Assembly: GCA_019057795.1 (NCBI GenBank)
Contig: JAHLWS010000078.1
Location: 32,001-96,000, forward strand
Length of the DNA stretch: 64,000 bases
Direction: 5' to 3'
DNA from: Promethearchaeota archaeon
Lineage (GTDB): Archaea; Asgardarchaeota; Lokiarchaeia; Sigyniarchaeales; SOKP01
Made by a program: the position numbers and the translations under genes. Position 1 is the first letter of the stretch. Every line of letters starts with the position of its first letter. This document shows positions 19,988 to 31,475 of this stretch, one piece after another. The notes below the pieces were generated by a model. It saw only the letters and a list, made by a program, of their open reading frames with translations, had not been told where the DNA came from and did no database searches.

Positions 19988-21136
19988 ATGACGAAGAACT
20001 TTAAAATTATTCATAGAGAATTTAAGACGGCGTTAAATAAGTTAAAATACCCTGATTCTTGGTTTTGGTGCAGATATACGATAAACCCCTACTCGGGATG
20101 CGCCCATACTTGCATATACTGCGATGCTAGGAGCCAAAGGTATTACTTAGATCAAGACTTCGAGAACGAAATTATCATAAAAACGAATATTGATAAAAAA
20201 TTAGATCAAAGAATTAAGAGAGCTCGAAAATTACTTCCCGATGTAATTGGACCTGGTGGTGTTTGTGACGCGTACCAACCAATCGAAAAAGAGGTTGAAA
20301 ACACTTTAAAAATTCTGAAAGTTATAGCTAAACACAAATTCCCCTTGAATATAGCAACAAAAAATAAAATGATTACGCGAGATATAGAGTTATTAGATAA
20401 AATCGCAGAAGATACTTGGTGTACCGTTGGTTTTTCGATCACTACGATTGACGAGGAATTGGCGCAGTTTTTAGAACCTTATTCTTCTCCACCTAAGGAA
20501 CGACTCGAAGCTTTGAAACAGATTAAAACTAAAGCTCCAAATATTCAAGTTGGGATTTATTTTATGCCAATAATACCTTTTTTAGAAGATAACGATGAAA
20601 ATTTGGAAGATGTTATCAAACAATCTAAAAAAGCGGGAGCCGATTTTATTCTTTTCTCGCCAGGTTTGACAATACGAGATCAACAAGCAGAATTTTTTAT
20701 TAAAAAATTAAAGAACAGTAAATATGAACATATCGTAAAACCTTTACTAAATTTATATAAGGGACAAATCTACCCACCTGCTGATTATGTAAAGAAATTA
20801 CACCCAAAATTGTTAAGATATTGCGAGGAGTATGGATTACCCATAAGAGAAAAGAGATGGATACCAAACGATTACCGAAAGTGGAATTACAAGATTTCTG
20901 AGTTGTTATTGAACAAAGAATATTTGGATGCTGTTAAAAACGGAAAATCAAACAATGCCATGAAATGGGCTGGTTTAAATCTAAATAATCTGGAAGAATC
21001 TATTATAAACGTGTATAAAAGAGGGGAACTATCAAAACTAAATAATTTCAATAAAAAAATAATTGAATTCGTTAAACCATATTTAGAAAAAAGTAAAGAA
21101 TCAGAACGAAAAACAGGACTTGATAAATTTCTATGA
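19988..21136 (+). CDS. SplB-like radical SAM protein (putative DNA repair)
   Basis: INPYSGCAHTCIYCDA, DAYQPIE, SITT; coupled to AlkD. Confidence 0.85.
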   Translation: MTKNFKIIHREFKTALNKLKYPDSWFWCRYTINPYSGCAHTCIYCDARSQRYYLDQDFENEIIIKTNIDKKLDQRIKRARKLLPDVIGPGGVCDAYQPIEKEVENTLKILKVIAKHKFPLNIATKNKMITRDIELLDKIAEDTWCTVGFSITTIDEELAQFLEPYSSPPKERLEALKQIKTKAPNIQVGIYFMPIIPFLEDNDENLEDVIKQSKKAGADFILFSPGLTIRDQQAEFFIKKLKNSKYEHIVKPLLNLYKGQIYPPADYVKKLHPKLLRYCEEYGLPIREKRWIPNDYRKWNYKISELLLNKEYLDAVKNGKSNNAMKWAGLNLNNLEESIINVYKRGELSKLNNFNKKIIEFVKPYLEKSKESERKTGLDKFL

Positions 21137-21876
21137 CGGAAGATATAATTGTTGAAATTAAAAATCTATTAGTGGAAAAAACTCCGCGTCTTACTCCAGA
21201 ACAGAAGTCAATGATGTACAAGATTATAAACCCCGACATCTCTAATTATGTAAAATACGGAGTAAAGGTTGCCGAGATTGAGAACATCGTAAAAAATGTT
21301 TATAATAAGTTCATATGTACATATCAAGATGCAATTGAAATATTTAAAATGTTAACTAAATCAAATGTTGAGGAGGAAAAATTCGCAGCATTCTTATTCT
21401 TAAATCGTTTTAAAAAAAACTTTAATGAAGGAACTATTCAGCTTTTCAGAGACGAATACGCTAAACATTGCCATACATGGAGCCACTGTGATAGCACTTG
21501 CGTCAGAGTTATAGGGCCGTTTCTCGGGAAACAGGGTAATGAAGAATTAGCAAAAAAAACTATCGATGAGTGGTCCAATTCTGACAATATATGGATTAAA
21601 AGAGCCTCAATGGTTATTCTACTTAAAATTACGATGATAAGAAAAGATTTTGACGAGACTTTCGTGTTTGAACTAGTGGAAAAAATGTTAAAGTATTCCG
21701 AAGCAAATTATATCGAAAAGGGAATAGGATGGCTCCTTAAGACTTGTTCTAAATATAAACCTGAAGTAATTATTGACTGTTTAACTAAAAACAAAAAAAT
21801 TCTCTCCAGACTTATCCTTAGGTACGCAAGTGAAAAACTTCCCAAGGATAAAAGGGCTTTAGTATTAAAAAAATAA
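21133..21876 (+). CDS. AlkD-like DNA alkylation repair protein
   Basis: TWSHCD, WSNSDNIWIKRAS, IEKGIGWLLK, RYASEKL. Confidence 0.88.
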   Translation: MTEDIIVEIKNLLVEKTPRLTPEQKSMMYKIINPDISNYVKYGVKVAEIENIVKNVYNKFICTYQDAIEIFKMLTKSNVEEEKFAAFLFLNRFKKNFNEGTIQLFRDEYAKHCHTWSHCDSTCVRVIGPFLGKQGNEELAKKTIDEWSNSDNIWIKRASMVILLKITMIRKDFDETFVFELVEKMLKYSEANYIEKGIGWLLKTCSKYKPEVIIDCLTKNKKILSRLILRYASEKLPKDKRALVLKK

Positions 21877-21984
21877 AAATTGAACACCTATAATTTTAAT
21901 AAATTTATATCAAGAAAGAGATATGTCCTTTTAAAGAATTCTTATTTAAATTAATAATATGGAGTATTATAAAACAATCATACT

Positions 21985-22773
21985 ATGAAGCATGTAGAAT
22001 ATAAAGGAAAACGATATAATGTATTAGACGGGAAGCTGGATCTTAGTAATTTAGGTATTAGCAATATTAATAATATTTTAGGATTAGAAAATTTGATCAA
22101 TCTAAAGGAACTGGATCTTTCAAATAATGCTATTACTGAGATTGAAGGGCTTGAAACATTAACTCATCTGGAGTTGCTAAATCTAAGAATAAACCAAATT
22201 AAAGAAATAAAAGGCCTTGAAGAGTTGACTAATTTAAAATATTTATATCTCTATAATAATCGAATATCTGAGATTAGCGGACTTGAGGCGCTCTTTAATG
22301 TGGTTGAATTGAATCTTTTTGATAATCAAATTCATAATATTAAAGGCTTAGAAAACTTGATTAATTTAAAGAAATTATATCTCGGTAGTAATCGTATAGC
22401 GATGATTGAAGGACTTGAAAATTTAATCTACTTAAAATTCTTAAATATTGAAAAGAACTTTATTACAGAACTCCAAGGTCTTGATACGCTTGAAAATCTG
22501 ATCCTTTTGGCAATTAAGAGAAATAATATTAAAGAAATTAAGTCTCTCGAGCTTTTAACTCAATTGAAAAGGTTAGAATTAGCATTTAACGAGATCACCG
22601 AGATAATGGGACTTGCCGAGCTTGAGAATCTTGAAACAATTGATCTTCGGGGAAATCCTGTATATGATAATGAACTTGAGTTTGCGACGAAAAAAATAAA
22701 AGTAAAATTGTTAGACGCCAAAGAGTTAGTTTTCTATTGTAAATGGTTTAATCGAGTCTGCGAAAATGTATAG
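21985..22773 (+). CDS. SDS22-like leucine-rich repeat protein
   Basis: About ten 22-aa repeats LxxLxLxxNxIxxIxGLxxL. Confidence 0.92.
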   Translation: MKHVEYKGKRYNVLDGKLDLSNLGISNINNILGLENLINLKELDLSNNAITEIEGLETLTHLELLNLRINQIKEIKGLEELTNLKYLYLYNNRISEISGLEALFNVVELNLFDNQIHNIKGLENLINLKKLYLGSNRIAMIEGLENLIYLKFLNIEKNFITELQGLDTLENLILLAIKRNNIKEIKSLELLTQLKRLELAFNEITEIMGLAELENLETIDLRGNPVYDNELEFATKKIKVKLLDAKELVFYCKWFNRVCENV

Positions 22774-22973
22774 AACTTTTAATGATTATATTTAATTTAA
22801 AAACTTTATATCTAATTAATAAATCTTAGATAGATAGTATTAAGATATTATTTTGTCATTTCTACTATTATACTACTATTATCAAAAAATCTAAAAAGTT
22901 GATTTCTTTCTGATTCTACTACTATTATTCTACTTCTATCAAAAACTCTACTACAAAGATTTAAATACATCAA

Positions 22974-24218
22974 TTGTTTATAGTAGTAACAGTGATTAAT
23001 ATGACAAGAGAACCTAATAAAAAAAAATATGAACGTATACTTGAACGCCTTGCGAAAGGTGATAAACAATCTTCGATTGTTATAACCGAAAAATGTTCCT
23101 ATGGTACAATTTCAGCTGCAAAACAGTGGGATACGAATGGAAGACCTATTACGATTACCTCTACAAGAAGCACATCAACAAATAGAACTAAAATTGTGCT
23201 CTCAATACCAAACTTTTGGCTTGAATGCTTAAATGAAGATATAATGTCAGGAATTTGGATAGATTATTCTGATGCAATTATTGATATTATCAGGTTTTTT
23301 TTCCGAACTCGAATGGAAGACAATCAACCTGAGCCTTCATCAGCGAGAAGAAGAGAAATTCTACATTCAAGAGAATTTAGAAGAAAAGAACCTAACCTTA
23401 GAAGAGAAGTTATGAAAGAGCTTAAAGAATCTCTTACACATGAACAAGTCCGAGATTCTGAAAATAAAAATTTAATAAATGTAATAGAATTAAAAGAATA
23501 TAAAGAGATCAAAGAAGAGCAGAGACAAGAATTTTATAAACAAAGAGAGCTAATATATTCACGATTTAATGATCAGAAAACAGAGAAATATGTTTTTAAA
23601 AATTATCACGGAGAACCATTGATAAAAGAAGAATTTGAGATATTAATGGAATTAGAGCAGCAAGTGGGGAGAATCCCTAAATGGGAAGGGGATTTTACTC
23701 GAGGAGATTATATGCCTGCGCCAACTGATATAAAGACTTATAAATTCAGTTATGTCCTTTTAGGCAATCATGTAATTATACTTAATATATGTGGTAAAGG
23801 TTTAAACTATTTACCAGAATCGATTGGTCAATTAAAATATTTACAAACTCTTGATTTAAGAAACAACAATCTAACCGAACTTCCCGAATCTATTGGAAAT
23901 TTAGAATTTCTGGAAGAGCTTATTCTCCATGATAATGCTCTCAGATCCGTTCCTAAATCTATAGGGAACCTTAAAAATCTTGGATTACTCCATTTGGACA
24001 ATAACAATCTTACAACTTTGCCTGAAACAATTTGTAACCTTAAAACATGGTATCCTATTGGATTAACTAATAATAAAATAGATTCACTCAGTGAGAAAAT
24101 TCTAAAAATGTGTATGCCGCAAGCAAAGGTTACTATATACGCGAAGGCGCACGGGATAAGAAAGAAACTGTGTGAGTTAGATTTGGTAGGAAATCCTATA
24201 ATGGAAGCAAAAAAATAA
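22974..24218 (+). CDS. LRR protein with putative N-terminal HTH and ribbon-helix-helix segments
   Basis: 23-aa LPESIGNL repeats; KIVLSIPNFWLECLNEDIMSGIWIDYSDAIIDIIR resembles an RHH. Real start probably MTREP at 23000. Confidence 0.8.
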   Translation: MFIVVTVINMTREPNKKKYERILERLAKGDKQSSIVITEKCSYGTISAAKQWDTNGRPITITSTRSTSTNRTKIVLSIPNFWLECLNEDIMSGIWIDYSDAIIDIIRFFFRTRMEDNQPEPSSARRREILHSREFRRKEPNLRREVMKELKESLTHEQVRDSENKNLINVIELKEYKEIKEEQRQEFYKQRELIYSRFNDQKTEKYVFKNYHGEPLIKEEFEILMELEQQVGRIPKWEGDFTRGDYMPAPTDIKTYKFSYVLLGNHVIILNICGKGLNYLPESIGQLKYLQTLDLRNNNLTELPESIGNLEFLEELILHDNALRSVPKSIGNLKNLGLLHLDNNNLTTLPETICNLKTWYPIGLTNNKIDSLSEKILKMCMPQAKVTIYAKAHGIRKKLCELDLVGNPIMEAKK

Positions 24219-24409
24219 GATGTAAAATGTTATTCTACTCTTAAGTCCAAGCTTAATTAGTGAAAATTGAATTTTCAGTAGATTCTTATTTTCCAATAAA
24301 TATTGTATGCATTATACTACGAAATAAGTCAATGCATCCTATTACTAATAAAACAATCCAGGTAAATTTTGGCACTTCTTTCTTCTTTACTATATTTTCT
24401 TTATCTTCT

Positions 24410-24602
24410 TTTATTATTCTTAACTCTCTCTCTTTAAAGATCTTTTTTAATTTCATCAGTTAGAAATTCTGCTATTTTTTCTATATAGACCTTACCTTTT
24501 TTCTTACTAGTTTTAGTTGGATCTCCAATAACACCAATTTCACACCAAGATATCCTGGTTGGAATCTCTCTCTTGACAAGATATTCATTTCTTCCATTCG
24601 AA
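24410..24602 (-). pseudogene. Internally deleted copy of the creatininase gene
   Basis: Segments match the 3' end, middle (ccaagatatcctggttg) and 5' end (ttcatttcttccattcgaa) of 25917-26669. Confidence 0.75.
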
Positions 24603-24643
24603 TTCTTTAAATATATTTTATTGGGAAAAATTTTAGTTTTAAC

Positions 24644-25516
24644 TTATTCCTTTGAACCGGGCTGCCATATAAACAATTCTATCGTGCAACATTCCTTAAA
24701 ACCCATCCGATTATACATATTTAAACCCATCTCAGTTGAATGAAGAATTGCAGTCTCATATCCTAATTTCTTAGCCTCGTTTAGGGGAGCAAGAGTTATC
24801 GCAGTACCAATCCCTTTACCATGTGCTTCTTCTAATGTAGTAACCAAATGAATACCTGCAACACCTGCTTTATACAATACTAATGAAGAAGCGACAGGAT
24901 TTCCATCATAATATGCTAAGAATGCACTTGCAGAGGCCCTATCCTTCAAAAGTATAAATGAGAAAGCCTCGAAAAAAAAATCAGATCGAACTTCTTTTGG
25001 AAAATCAAAACCCGTTAAAATTATGTCATTCCATACTTTTAAAGCATTCATACTTTCAATCTTTATAATCTCTACCTTATTTAAAAGTTCTCTTTCTGTG
25101 TTTAAAATTTTTAGGTTATAAGCCATCCCCTGAAGCTTGTCAAGGATGAATCCATTTTTGATTAATAACTCTCCCATATTTTTAGGAGTGCTTGATGGGC
25201 CAAGCACCCAAAGAAAGGGAACTTGTCTCTTTTCAAAATAAGTGATATTGTCCTTTATCTTTTTAATAGCATTTTCTGAGGAAATATGGCTATCTATCAC
25301 CCCATTAAAAAAAAAAAAAGGGATCCCCGTAGAGAATCTGGAGAACTCCTCAGTCTCTTCATATTGGATATGTTCAAGATCGATATGTACTATCGATCTA
25401 AAAAATTCATAAAGATTAAACTCAATTGCATGTTCAATTTCTGATTGATTTGGATTTTTAAGAATAGTTATAAATTGTTTCACTTCTAGAGTTTTGATAT
25501 AATATATTATACACAA
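24644..25516 (-). CDS. GNAT family acetyltransferase
   Basis: AGIHLVTTLEEAHGKGIGTAI, GLNMYNRMGF. Confidence 0.88.
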   Translation of the reverse strand: MCIIYYIKTLEVKQFITILKNPNQSEIEHAIEFNLYEFFRSIVHIDLEHIQYEETEEFSRFSTGIPFFFFNGVIDSHISSENAIKKIKDNITYFEKRQVPFLWVLGPSSTPKNMGELLIKNGFILDKLQGMAYNLKILNTERELLNKVEIIKIESMNALKVWNDIILTGFDFPKEVRSDFFFEAFSFILLKDRASASAFLAYYDGNPVASSLVLYKAGVAGIHLVTTLEEAHGKGIGTAITLAPLNEAKKLGYETAILHSTEMGLNMYNRMGFKECCTIELFIWQPGSKE

Positions 25517-25916
25517 AATAAGATAATATACTATATAAGAGTCGATTTTTAGTTTTACATATTTGGTAAATTTAAAGTTTTTTGGGCATTTGTGTTAATT
25601 AGGAGGAGTATGTTAAGTGTTTTATGAGGGATGGAGATATGCATTAAGTATTAAAACTTTTTAAGAAAGGCTTAATCATTATCTTATGACAAAATTCAAT
25701 TTGAACTTAGAATATAATAAGAATTTTATAAATGCTCTCGAAAACTGGAAAATTGAAGATTGGTCTAAAAATGATAAAAAAAAAAGGCTTAAATCAGAAA
25801 AACAAATTCAAAAGAGATTAAAGAATTTAAAAAAAGTATTCGTATTCTCTATCGAAGAAAAATCAATTGAAAATTTAGCTTCATTTACTCTCTATTATTC
25901 TTAACTCTCTCTCTCG

Positions 25917-26669
25917 TTAAAGATCTTTTTTAATTTCAGCAGTTAGAAATTCTACCATTTTTTCTATATAGATTTTCCCGTGTTCTTTACTTGCTTTAGT
26001 TGGATCTCCAATAACACCAATTTCAGTCAAAGAGGGCATCCCTTTCTTAATAAGCATTTCAATTTCCTTTTCTTTAAGAACTCCAAGATATCCTGGTTGA
26101 AATTTGTCTCTTTTTACAAGGTTTTCAGCGAGGAACAATATTTCAGATGTTTCTGCTTCACCAGCATGACCTCCTGCTTCTTCTATTGTTATATTTAAAC
26201 CTGCGGCAATTTTAAACTGAACATTCATAAAGCCCATCAAATCTGTAAATGCTAAAATCTTATTGTTAGTATATTTTTCCTGTGCTTCCTCAACTGCTTC
26301 TTTTAATGGAATAAAATTTCCTCCATGCGTAGGGATAAAAATAATGTTTTCAAAACCATGTTTTTGAAGACTCTCGATATAATCGTGAATTATTCCCTTT
26401 AAAGTAGATTTTTTTAATGAAATTGTTCCTGGAAAGGCTAAATGATGATCTGAACACCCCACTCTTATTGTTTGTGCTTGTAACGCATTCTTTAATTTTT
26501 GAGCGATTAAATTAACTATGACATCTGCTATTAATGCGTCTGTCTGAGTTGGTAAGTGAGGTCCATGCTGTTCAGTAGATCCTACTCCAATTATGACTGT
26601 TTTGAAACCACCATTAATCGCATCTTTAATATCAACCCAATTCATTTCTTCCATTCGAAGTGTTCTCAT
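25917..26669 (-). CDS. Creatininase family amidohydrolase
   Basis: GSTEQHGPHLP..D, HHLAFPGT, HGGN, HAGEAETS, GVIGDP. Confidence 0.92.
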   Translation of the reverse strand: MRTLRMEEMNWVDIKDAINGGFKTVIIGVGSTEQHGPHLPTQTDALIADVIVNLIAQKLKNALQAQTIRVGCSDHHLAFPGTISLKKSTLKGIIHDYIESLQKHGFENIIFIPTHGGNFIPLKEAVEEAQEKYTNNKILAFTDLMGFMNVQFKIAAGLNITIEEAGGHAGEAETSEILFLAENLVKRDKFQPGYLGVLKEKEIEMLIKKGMPSLTEIGVIGDPTKASKEHGKIYIEKMVEFLTAEIKKDL

Positions 26670-26928
26670 TTTTAATCTCTTACCTTTTTACTTTTTATTT
26701 ATTAAATTGCTTTCATTTCATAATAAATTTGTTAGAAATTGATGTTTTGTAGTTTAGACCATCTTGAACTGACTAAATTGACAAAACAATTTGATTTTTA
26801 TATTTGAAAATAGTCTTACTAGTATAATTTTTAATTTCTCTTCTCATGATTATCTATTTATTATCAAATATTTCAATCTGAAAGGTAAATTCAGAGTCTG
26901 ATTTCGATGAAAATTCCGTGGATTATTC

Positions 26929-26968
26929 TCTTCCTCTCCCGTGGCGTCCACTCCTACAAAAGTGGGTG
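26929..26968 (+). repeat. C-rich array repeat, copy 1 (divergent)
   Basis: tcttcctctcccgtggcgtccactcctacaaaagtgggtg. Confidence 0.75.
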
Positions 26969-27164
26969 CGAAATTTATTAAAAAATAATTTGACCAAATA
27001 ATTTTTATTTTAAGAGCAACATTAGTCTTATAAGGCAAGAAGTATAGAAATGAAGATTAAAAATGAATTTCAATGACGAAATTATCAAAGAACATTAGCA
27101 TTAATCTTTTTACTTTCCCCAGGTCTTAATAAGAAAGGATTAAAAAATAAAAAGACACGCTTAA

Positions 27165-28064
27165 ATGGTGATCATTAAAATGCTTGACAAAATGGAACCA
27201 AAGGAAAAAAGGATATTACAAGGAGTCGTCTTAAGTTTAATCGGAACAATTATTATAGCATATAATTTATTCCCATTATTTTACATGATGGGTCTTCCAT
27301 TTACCCTTGGAACGGTGCGCATGATAAATTATTGGATCCTTGGAATAGCCTTCATTCTTACCGGTGTCTTCACTTTAAAACCACGGAGAACGAGGAAGGG
27401 AATTATTGTGCTAGGTTCAATTTCAACCATTATAGGGGGGATACTAATTCTTTCTACCATGCAAATAATAGTTGAACTCGTTGTAAGATTTGGGGGAACT
27501 TCAATCATCTATATATTTTGGAACGATATTCCAATCTTGGCTACTTTTATGATATCAGGAACGGTTTTACTCTTACACGGACTAATCCTAATCATCACAA
27601 AACAAAAAAATATGAAGCTCATTTGGGGAGTAATTTTTGCTTCGATTGGAATAACAGTAATCGTTTGGGTGTCCCGTCCATTATACATGTCAATCATATC
27701 TTCAACATTAAACCCATTTTTTTATACGGCAATTAACTTAAACCTTATAATTATTGGTGTCTCATCACTACTTATTGGTTTTTTTTATTTTAATCCTCCT
27801 GAAAAAAAGCGCATCAAATTGCTCGTTGGGATGATTTCAATAATTTTCGGTTGCGTAATCGTTATTTTCTCGCTTTTTGGCATTTTAAGTTTTAACATGT
27901 ACTTGGAAAGATTGGAATCAGAAGGAACATTTGCAAGCGTGATGGACTTGAACTCAATTTTTGTGGTATTTATTTTGGTGGGGGTTGGATTAATAATTCA
28001 CGGTGTATTTATGATAAAAAAGAGAGATATTAAAAAGGATCGCTATCATCCCACAGACGAGTAG
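27165..28064 (+). CDS. Multi-pass membrane protein
   Basis: About 8 hydrophobic helices, apparent internal duplication. Confidence 0.75.
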   Translation: MVIIKMLDKMEPKEKRILQGVVLSLIGTIIIAYNLFPLFYMMGLPFTLGTVRMINYWILGIAFILTGVFTLKPRRTRKGIIVLGSISTIIGGILILSTMQIIVELVVRFGGTSIIYIFWNDIPILATFMISGTVLLLHGLILIITKQKNMKLIWGVIFASIGITVIVWVSRPLYMSIISSTLNPFFYTAINLNLIIIGVSSLLIGFFYFNPPEKKRIKLLVGMISIIFGCVIVIFSLFGILSFNMYLERLESEGTFASVMDLNSIFVVFILVGVGLIIHGVFMIKKRDIKKDRYHPTDE

Positions 28065-28148
28065 AATCAATCAAATAATTTGGTGAATCTTTAGAGACTG
28101 AAATACTTTAAAAAGATAAAACATTAAACTTTTTTTTTCTGCCTATTT

Positions 28149-28186
28149 ATCTCACTCCCCCGTGGTGCCTCCTCCTAAAAAAGCAG
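28149..28186 (+). repeat. C-rich array repeat, copy 2
   Basis: atctcactcccccgtggtgcctcctcctaaaaaagcag. Confidence 0.9.
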
Positions 28187-28784
28187 TCAAAATGATAAAA
28201 GCATCAATTTTAATAAGTTTTAGAGTTAAACTCTCTCTTTTATTCAAAGCAATTATTTTAGTCTCCTTCTGCCCATTTGGAAGATGGGTAAGGAGACTTT
28301 TTGTTAAAAAAACTTTTTCAACATTAATATATATGTATTTCAAATTATTTAAAGATATTGTTAATTATCGTTATTTACATCATTGATATTGGAATTCTGG
28401 ATTATATTCTTTAAGAAAATCAACTATCTACTGATTAAATTGAGCTGGATTTTAACGGTGTAAAAATTAATAGCTTAACAATCTATATAAAACAATAAAT
28501 TTCTATTGAGAACTAATGGATAAATCCATTCAAAAACTAAATTATAATCTAATTCATGCAAATTTAATACATAATCCTTAAATTAGATAAAATTGACCAC
28601 ACGATTAGGCGAAGTTCTAATAAAATTGGATAAAATTACAAATATCTATAAGTGATTATTTATCATTCCATCTAAATTTAAAATCTGAAGTAGAATTCTA
28701 ATATTTGTTGCTTAATTAGATAACCTAATATAAGTTCAGAAAATTTATAATATACATTATTTTTATTATCCCTTATTTTCTATT

Positions 28785-28822
28785 ATCCCTCCCCCGTGAT
28801 GCCCCCTCCTGAAAAAGCAGGT
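28785..28822 (+). repeat. C-rich array repeat, copy 3
   Basis: atccctcccccgtgatgccccctcctgaaaaagcaggt. Confidence 0.9.
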
Positions 28823-29004
28823 GCAAACAATACATTTAAGATATTATAAATATCTCTAAAGAATAAAATTTATTTAGAATAAATAGATTTAATTCAAAAA
28901 GATAATCTTGAAAGTTTTCTTAAGAATACTAATTTAATAATAACTATTAAAAATGTAATTTTACCATATACTTTAAAAGATAAAAAATTAAATGTGCATA
29001 TTTT

Positions 29005-29856
29005 TTGACTGATTTTAAATTACCAAAAGACTTGACGGATAAATGTACTCAAATGTTAAAAGCATATTATAATTTATATATTCTTGAGAATACTTTACGT
29101 CTATTTATTGAAAATACTGCAAAGTCTAAGTATGGAGATGACTATTGGGGAAAATTAACTATTAAAACCAAAATTGAAAGAACTATTAAAACCAGAAAGG
29201 ATAACGAGAAAAAAAATAAATGGCTTAATTTTAGAGGAGAATCAAACATATTTTATTTAGACTTTATTGATCTTAGAAGTGTTTTAATAAGTAATTGGAA
29301 TATTTTTAATGATTATTTTCCAAATCAAGAATGGATAACAAATCGTATTTCAGAACTCTATGATATTAGAAACCGAATAGCACACAATTCATTTATATAT
29401 TTAAGCGAGATTGAACAACAGACAATCGAAACTTATGCTAAATCAATCTATCAACAATTAAAAATATATAAAAATAATCTTAATTTACCAAATAATCTCA
29501 TCGTAAAAGCAGTTAAACCGAAATTTCAGGAAACATCTTTATTTAATAGATTTCAAAGACTCTTCTTTGAAAGAGATTTTAAAGAAATTTTAACCAAATG
29601 GGATATTTTTGAAGAATTATTTGATACAAATGCTTTTTATAAAATTAACAAAATTGCTAATATTTCTGGAAGTGAAACATTTATAATTCAATATAAATTT
29701 AAAGATGCTACAATGTATCTATCTCATGGTGGAGGTAAATTTGGATGTAACATAAGTATTTCCGCTAATAAATGTATTTCTGATGATAATGAAAAATTTA
29801 ATAACATTGCAAAAGAATTCTTTAAAATAATAGCAGATGGAGTTAACGATATTTAG
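29005..29856 (+). CDS. Swt1-like HEPN domain protein
   Basis: LYILENTLRLFIE and IRNRIAHN (R-x4-H). Confidence 0.78.
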   Translation: MTDFKLPKDLTDKCTQMLKAYYNLYILENTLRLFIENTAKSKYGDDYWGKLTIKTKIERTIKTRKDNEKKNKWLNFRGESNIFYLDFIDLRSVLISNWNIFNDYFPNQEWITNRISELYDIRNRIAHNSFIYLSEIEQQTIETYAKSIYQQLKIYKNNLNLPNNLIVKAVKPKFQETSLFNRFQRLFFERDFKEILTKWDIFEELFDTNAFYKINKIANISGSETFIIQYKFKDATMYLSHGGGKFGCNISISANKCISDDNEKFNNIAKEFFKIIADGVNDI

Positions 29857-30077
29857 AATGAGTTTTAAAAATTTAAAAAAGCAGGAGTTTGAAGATTTCA
29901 AAATGGGAGATTCTTGAAGCTCTATAATGATTGAAGTGTTCAGAGTTTTAGTTAATACTAAAATTAGGGTGTATTTATAAAACTGAGATTAATTGGTATG
30001 TTGAAAAATTATTAAAAAATGATCTCATTGAAATAAATAAAGATATACTCTCAATTAAAAATAAATAATGGCTTTTT

Positions 30078-31475
30078 ATGAAGAAACATATCTATATTTT
30101 TAGAATTAACTATTTAGAAGTTAGATCACCTATTAAATTATCTGAAACTATCTCTATTCTTCCTGGAAATTATGAGTTATCTCAAGATGAAGATTTAAAT
30201 TTTGACATTTCGTTTCAAATTAATAAATATTCCTATATATTTATCGAAAGAGATATTAGCTTAAAAATCAGTGATCTTAAAAAAGAGCTGAATCTTATTT
30301 TTGCTCTAATTTCCTTTTTATTATCAAATTGGATAGATATTTATCCTCAAGAAAGTTATCATATAAATTATGATACCAACAAAAGAATTATGTTAGAAAA
30401 AGGAATAATAGTTCCATTTAAAAGCTTTAAATTTAATAGACAATATTCCAGAATTTACTCAATTAAGGACAGATTTAGAAAGATTATAAATGAGATGTAT
30501 AGGATTTTTATAGAGGACCCTATTTCTGATTCGATATATTTCATTATTGGGCAGTTCCTAATCTCTAAGAGGGAAGATATTCTCTTAACAAAAGTTATTT
30601 ATGCTTGGAATGTTCTCGAGCATTTTGCTTCTAGTTATTGGGAAAATACCAATAAGACACAACTCTACATAATAAATGAAGAGAAATTTGACCAGTTAAT
30701 GAAATCTTTAAACGACACCCTCGAAGAATATATCAAAAATAAAATTAAACAAAATGATATTTATCTCTCTCAATTAGAGGTTGATTTTTATAGACAAGAT
30801 TATATAAAGCTCTTAAAAGATAAATTAAGGAATGGAGTAGATAATTTTTCTCCTATAAAATATAAGATAATTCGGATGTTTGAAATTGAAGGATTAAATA
30901 TGACAAAGCAGGAATATGAATTGATAAATAAGATGTATAAAATGAGAAATTTTATTTATCATAAAGGTGTTAAAAAAGAGGAAATTGAAAAAGAAATAAA
31001 AAAAGATCCCGCAGATTTAGCTAAAGAATTTTTAAACTTTTTAGAAATCAAAATTTGGCAATATTTTAAGTTTATTAATAAATATGCTACGCTAAATAAT
31101 GAATTGATCTCTTTTAAAGAGTGTCAGATTTCTAAAACGAGTTTAGTGGTTGAAGATTATACTGAAAAAAGGGAAATTTTAAAAAAACTGGAATTTGTGA
31201 GAGAGAAAATAGAGAAATATTCAAATAAACCAATAGAAGCTCGAATTATGGAAGTAAAAAAGGAGTTTAATACATATATAAATTTTAATTATAAAAGAGA
31301 TAGTTATGAAGATGGTTTAGTTATAGATAATTTACCTCAAGATATACATTCATATGGAAACATAATTAAATTAAAAGCCAAATTAGATGATTTAAATGTG
31401 ACTTTTAATTTTAATGGGATTTTTAAATGTGGTATATTTTCAGAAATCCTTATTGAAAAATTTATTATAGAATAA
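30078..31475 (+). CDS. HEPN domain protein (ApeA-like architecture)
   Basis: AWNVLE and MRNFIYHKG. Confidence 0.65.
   Translation: MKKHIYIFRINYLEVRSPIKLSETISILPGNYELSQDEDLNFDISFQINKYSYIFIERDISLKISDLKKELNLIFALISFLLSNWIDIYPQESYHINYDTNKRIMLEKGIIVPFKSFKFNRQYSRIYSIKDRFRKIINEMYRIFIEDPISDSIYFIIGQFLISKREDILLTKVIYAWNVLEHFASSYWENTNKTQLYIINEEKFDQLMKSLNDTLEEYIKNKIKQNDIYLSQLEVDFYRQDYIKLLKDKLRNGVDNFSPIKYKIIRMFEIEGLNMTKQEYELINKMYKMRNFIYHKGVKKEEIEKEIKKDPADLAKEFLNFLEIKIWQYFKFINKYATLNNELISFKECQISKTSLVVEDYTEKREILKKLEFVREKIEKYSNKPIEARIMEVKKEFNTYINFNYKRDSYEDGLVIDNLPQDIHSYGNIIKLKAKLDDLNVTFNFNGIFKCGIFSEILIEKFIIE

Noticed and set aside
25307-25319. A13 homopolymer in the GNAT gene as a phase-variation tract
   Set aside because: Frame is intact (FFFF) and long A/T runs are common in this genome
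28152-28343. FLGGGTT, resembling DNA methyltransferase motif I, in minus-strand translations of the repeat
   Set aside because: It is only the repeat read in one frame; flanks are not methyltransferase-like and copies carry frame-breaking changes
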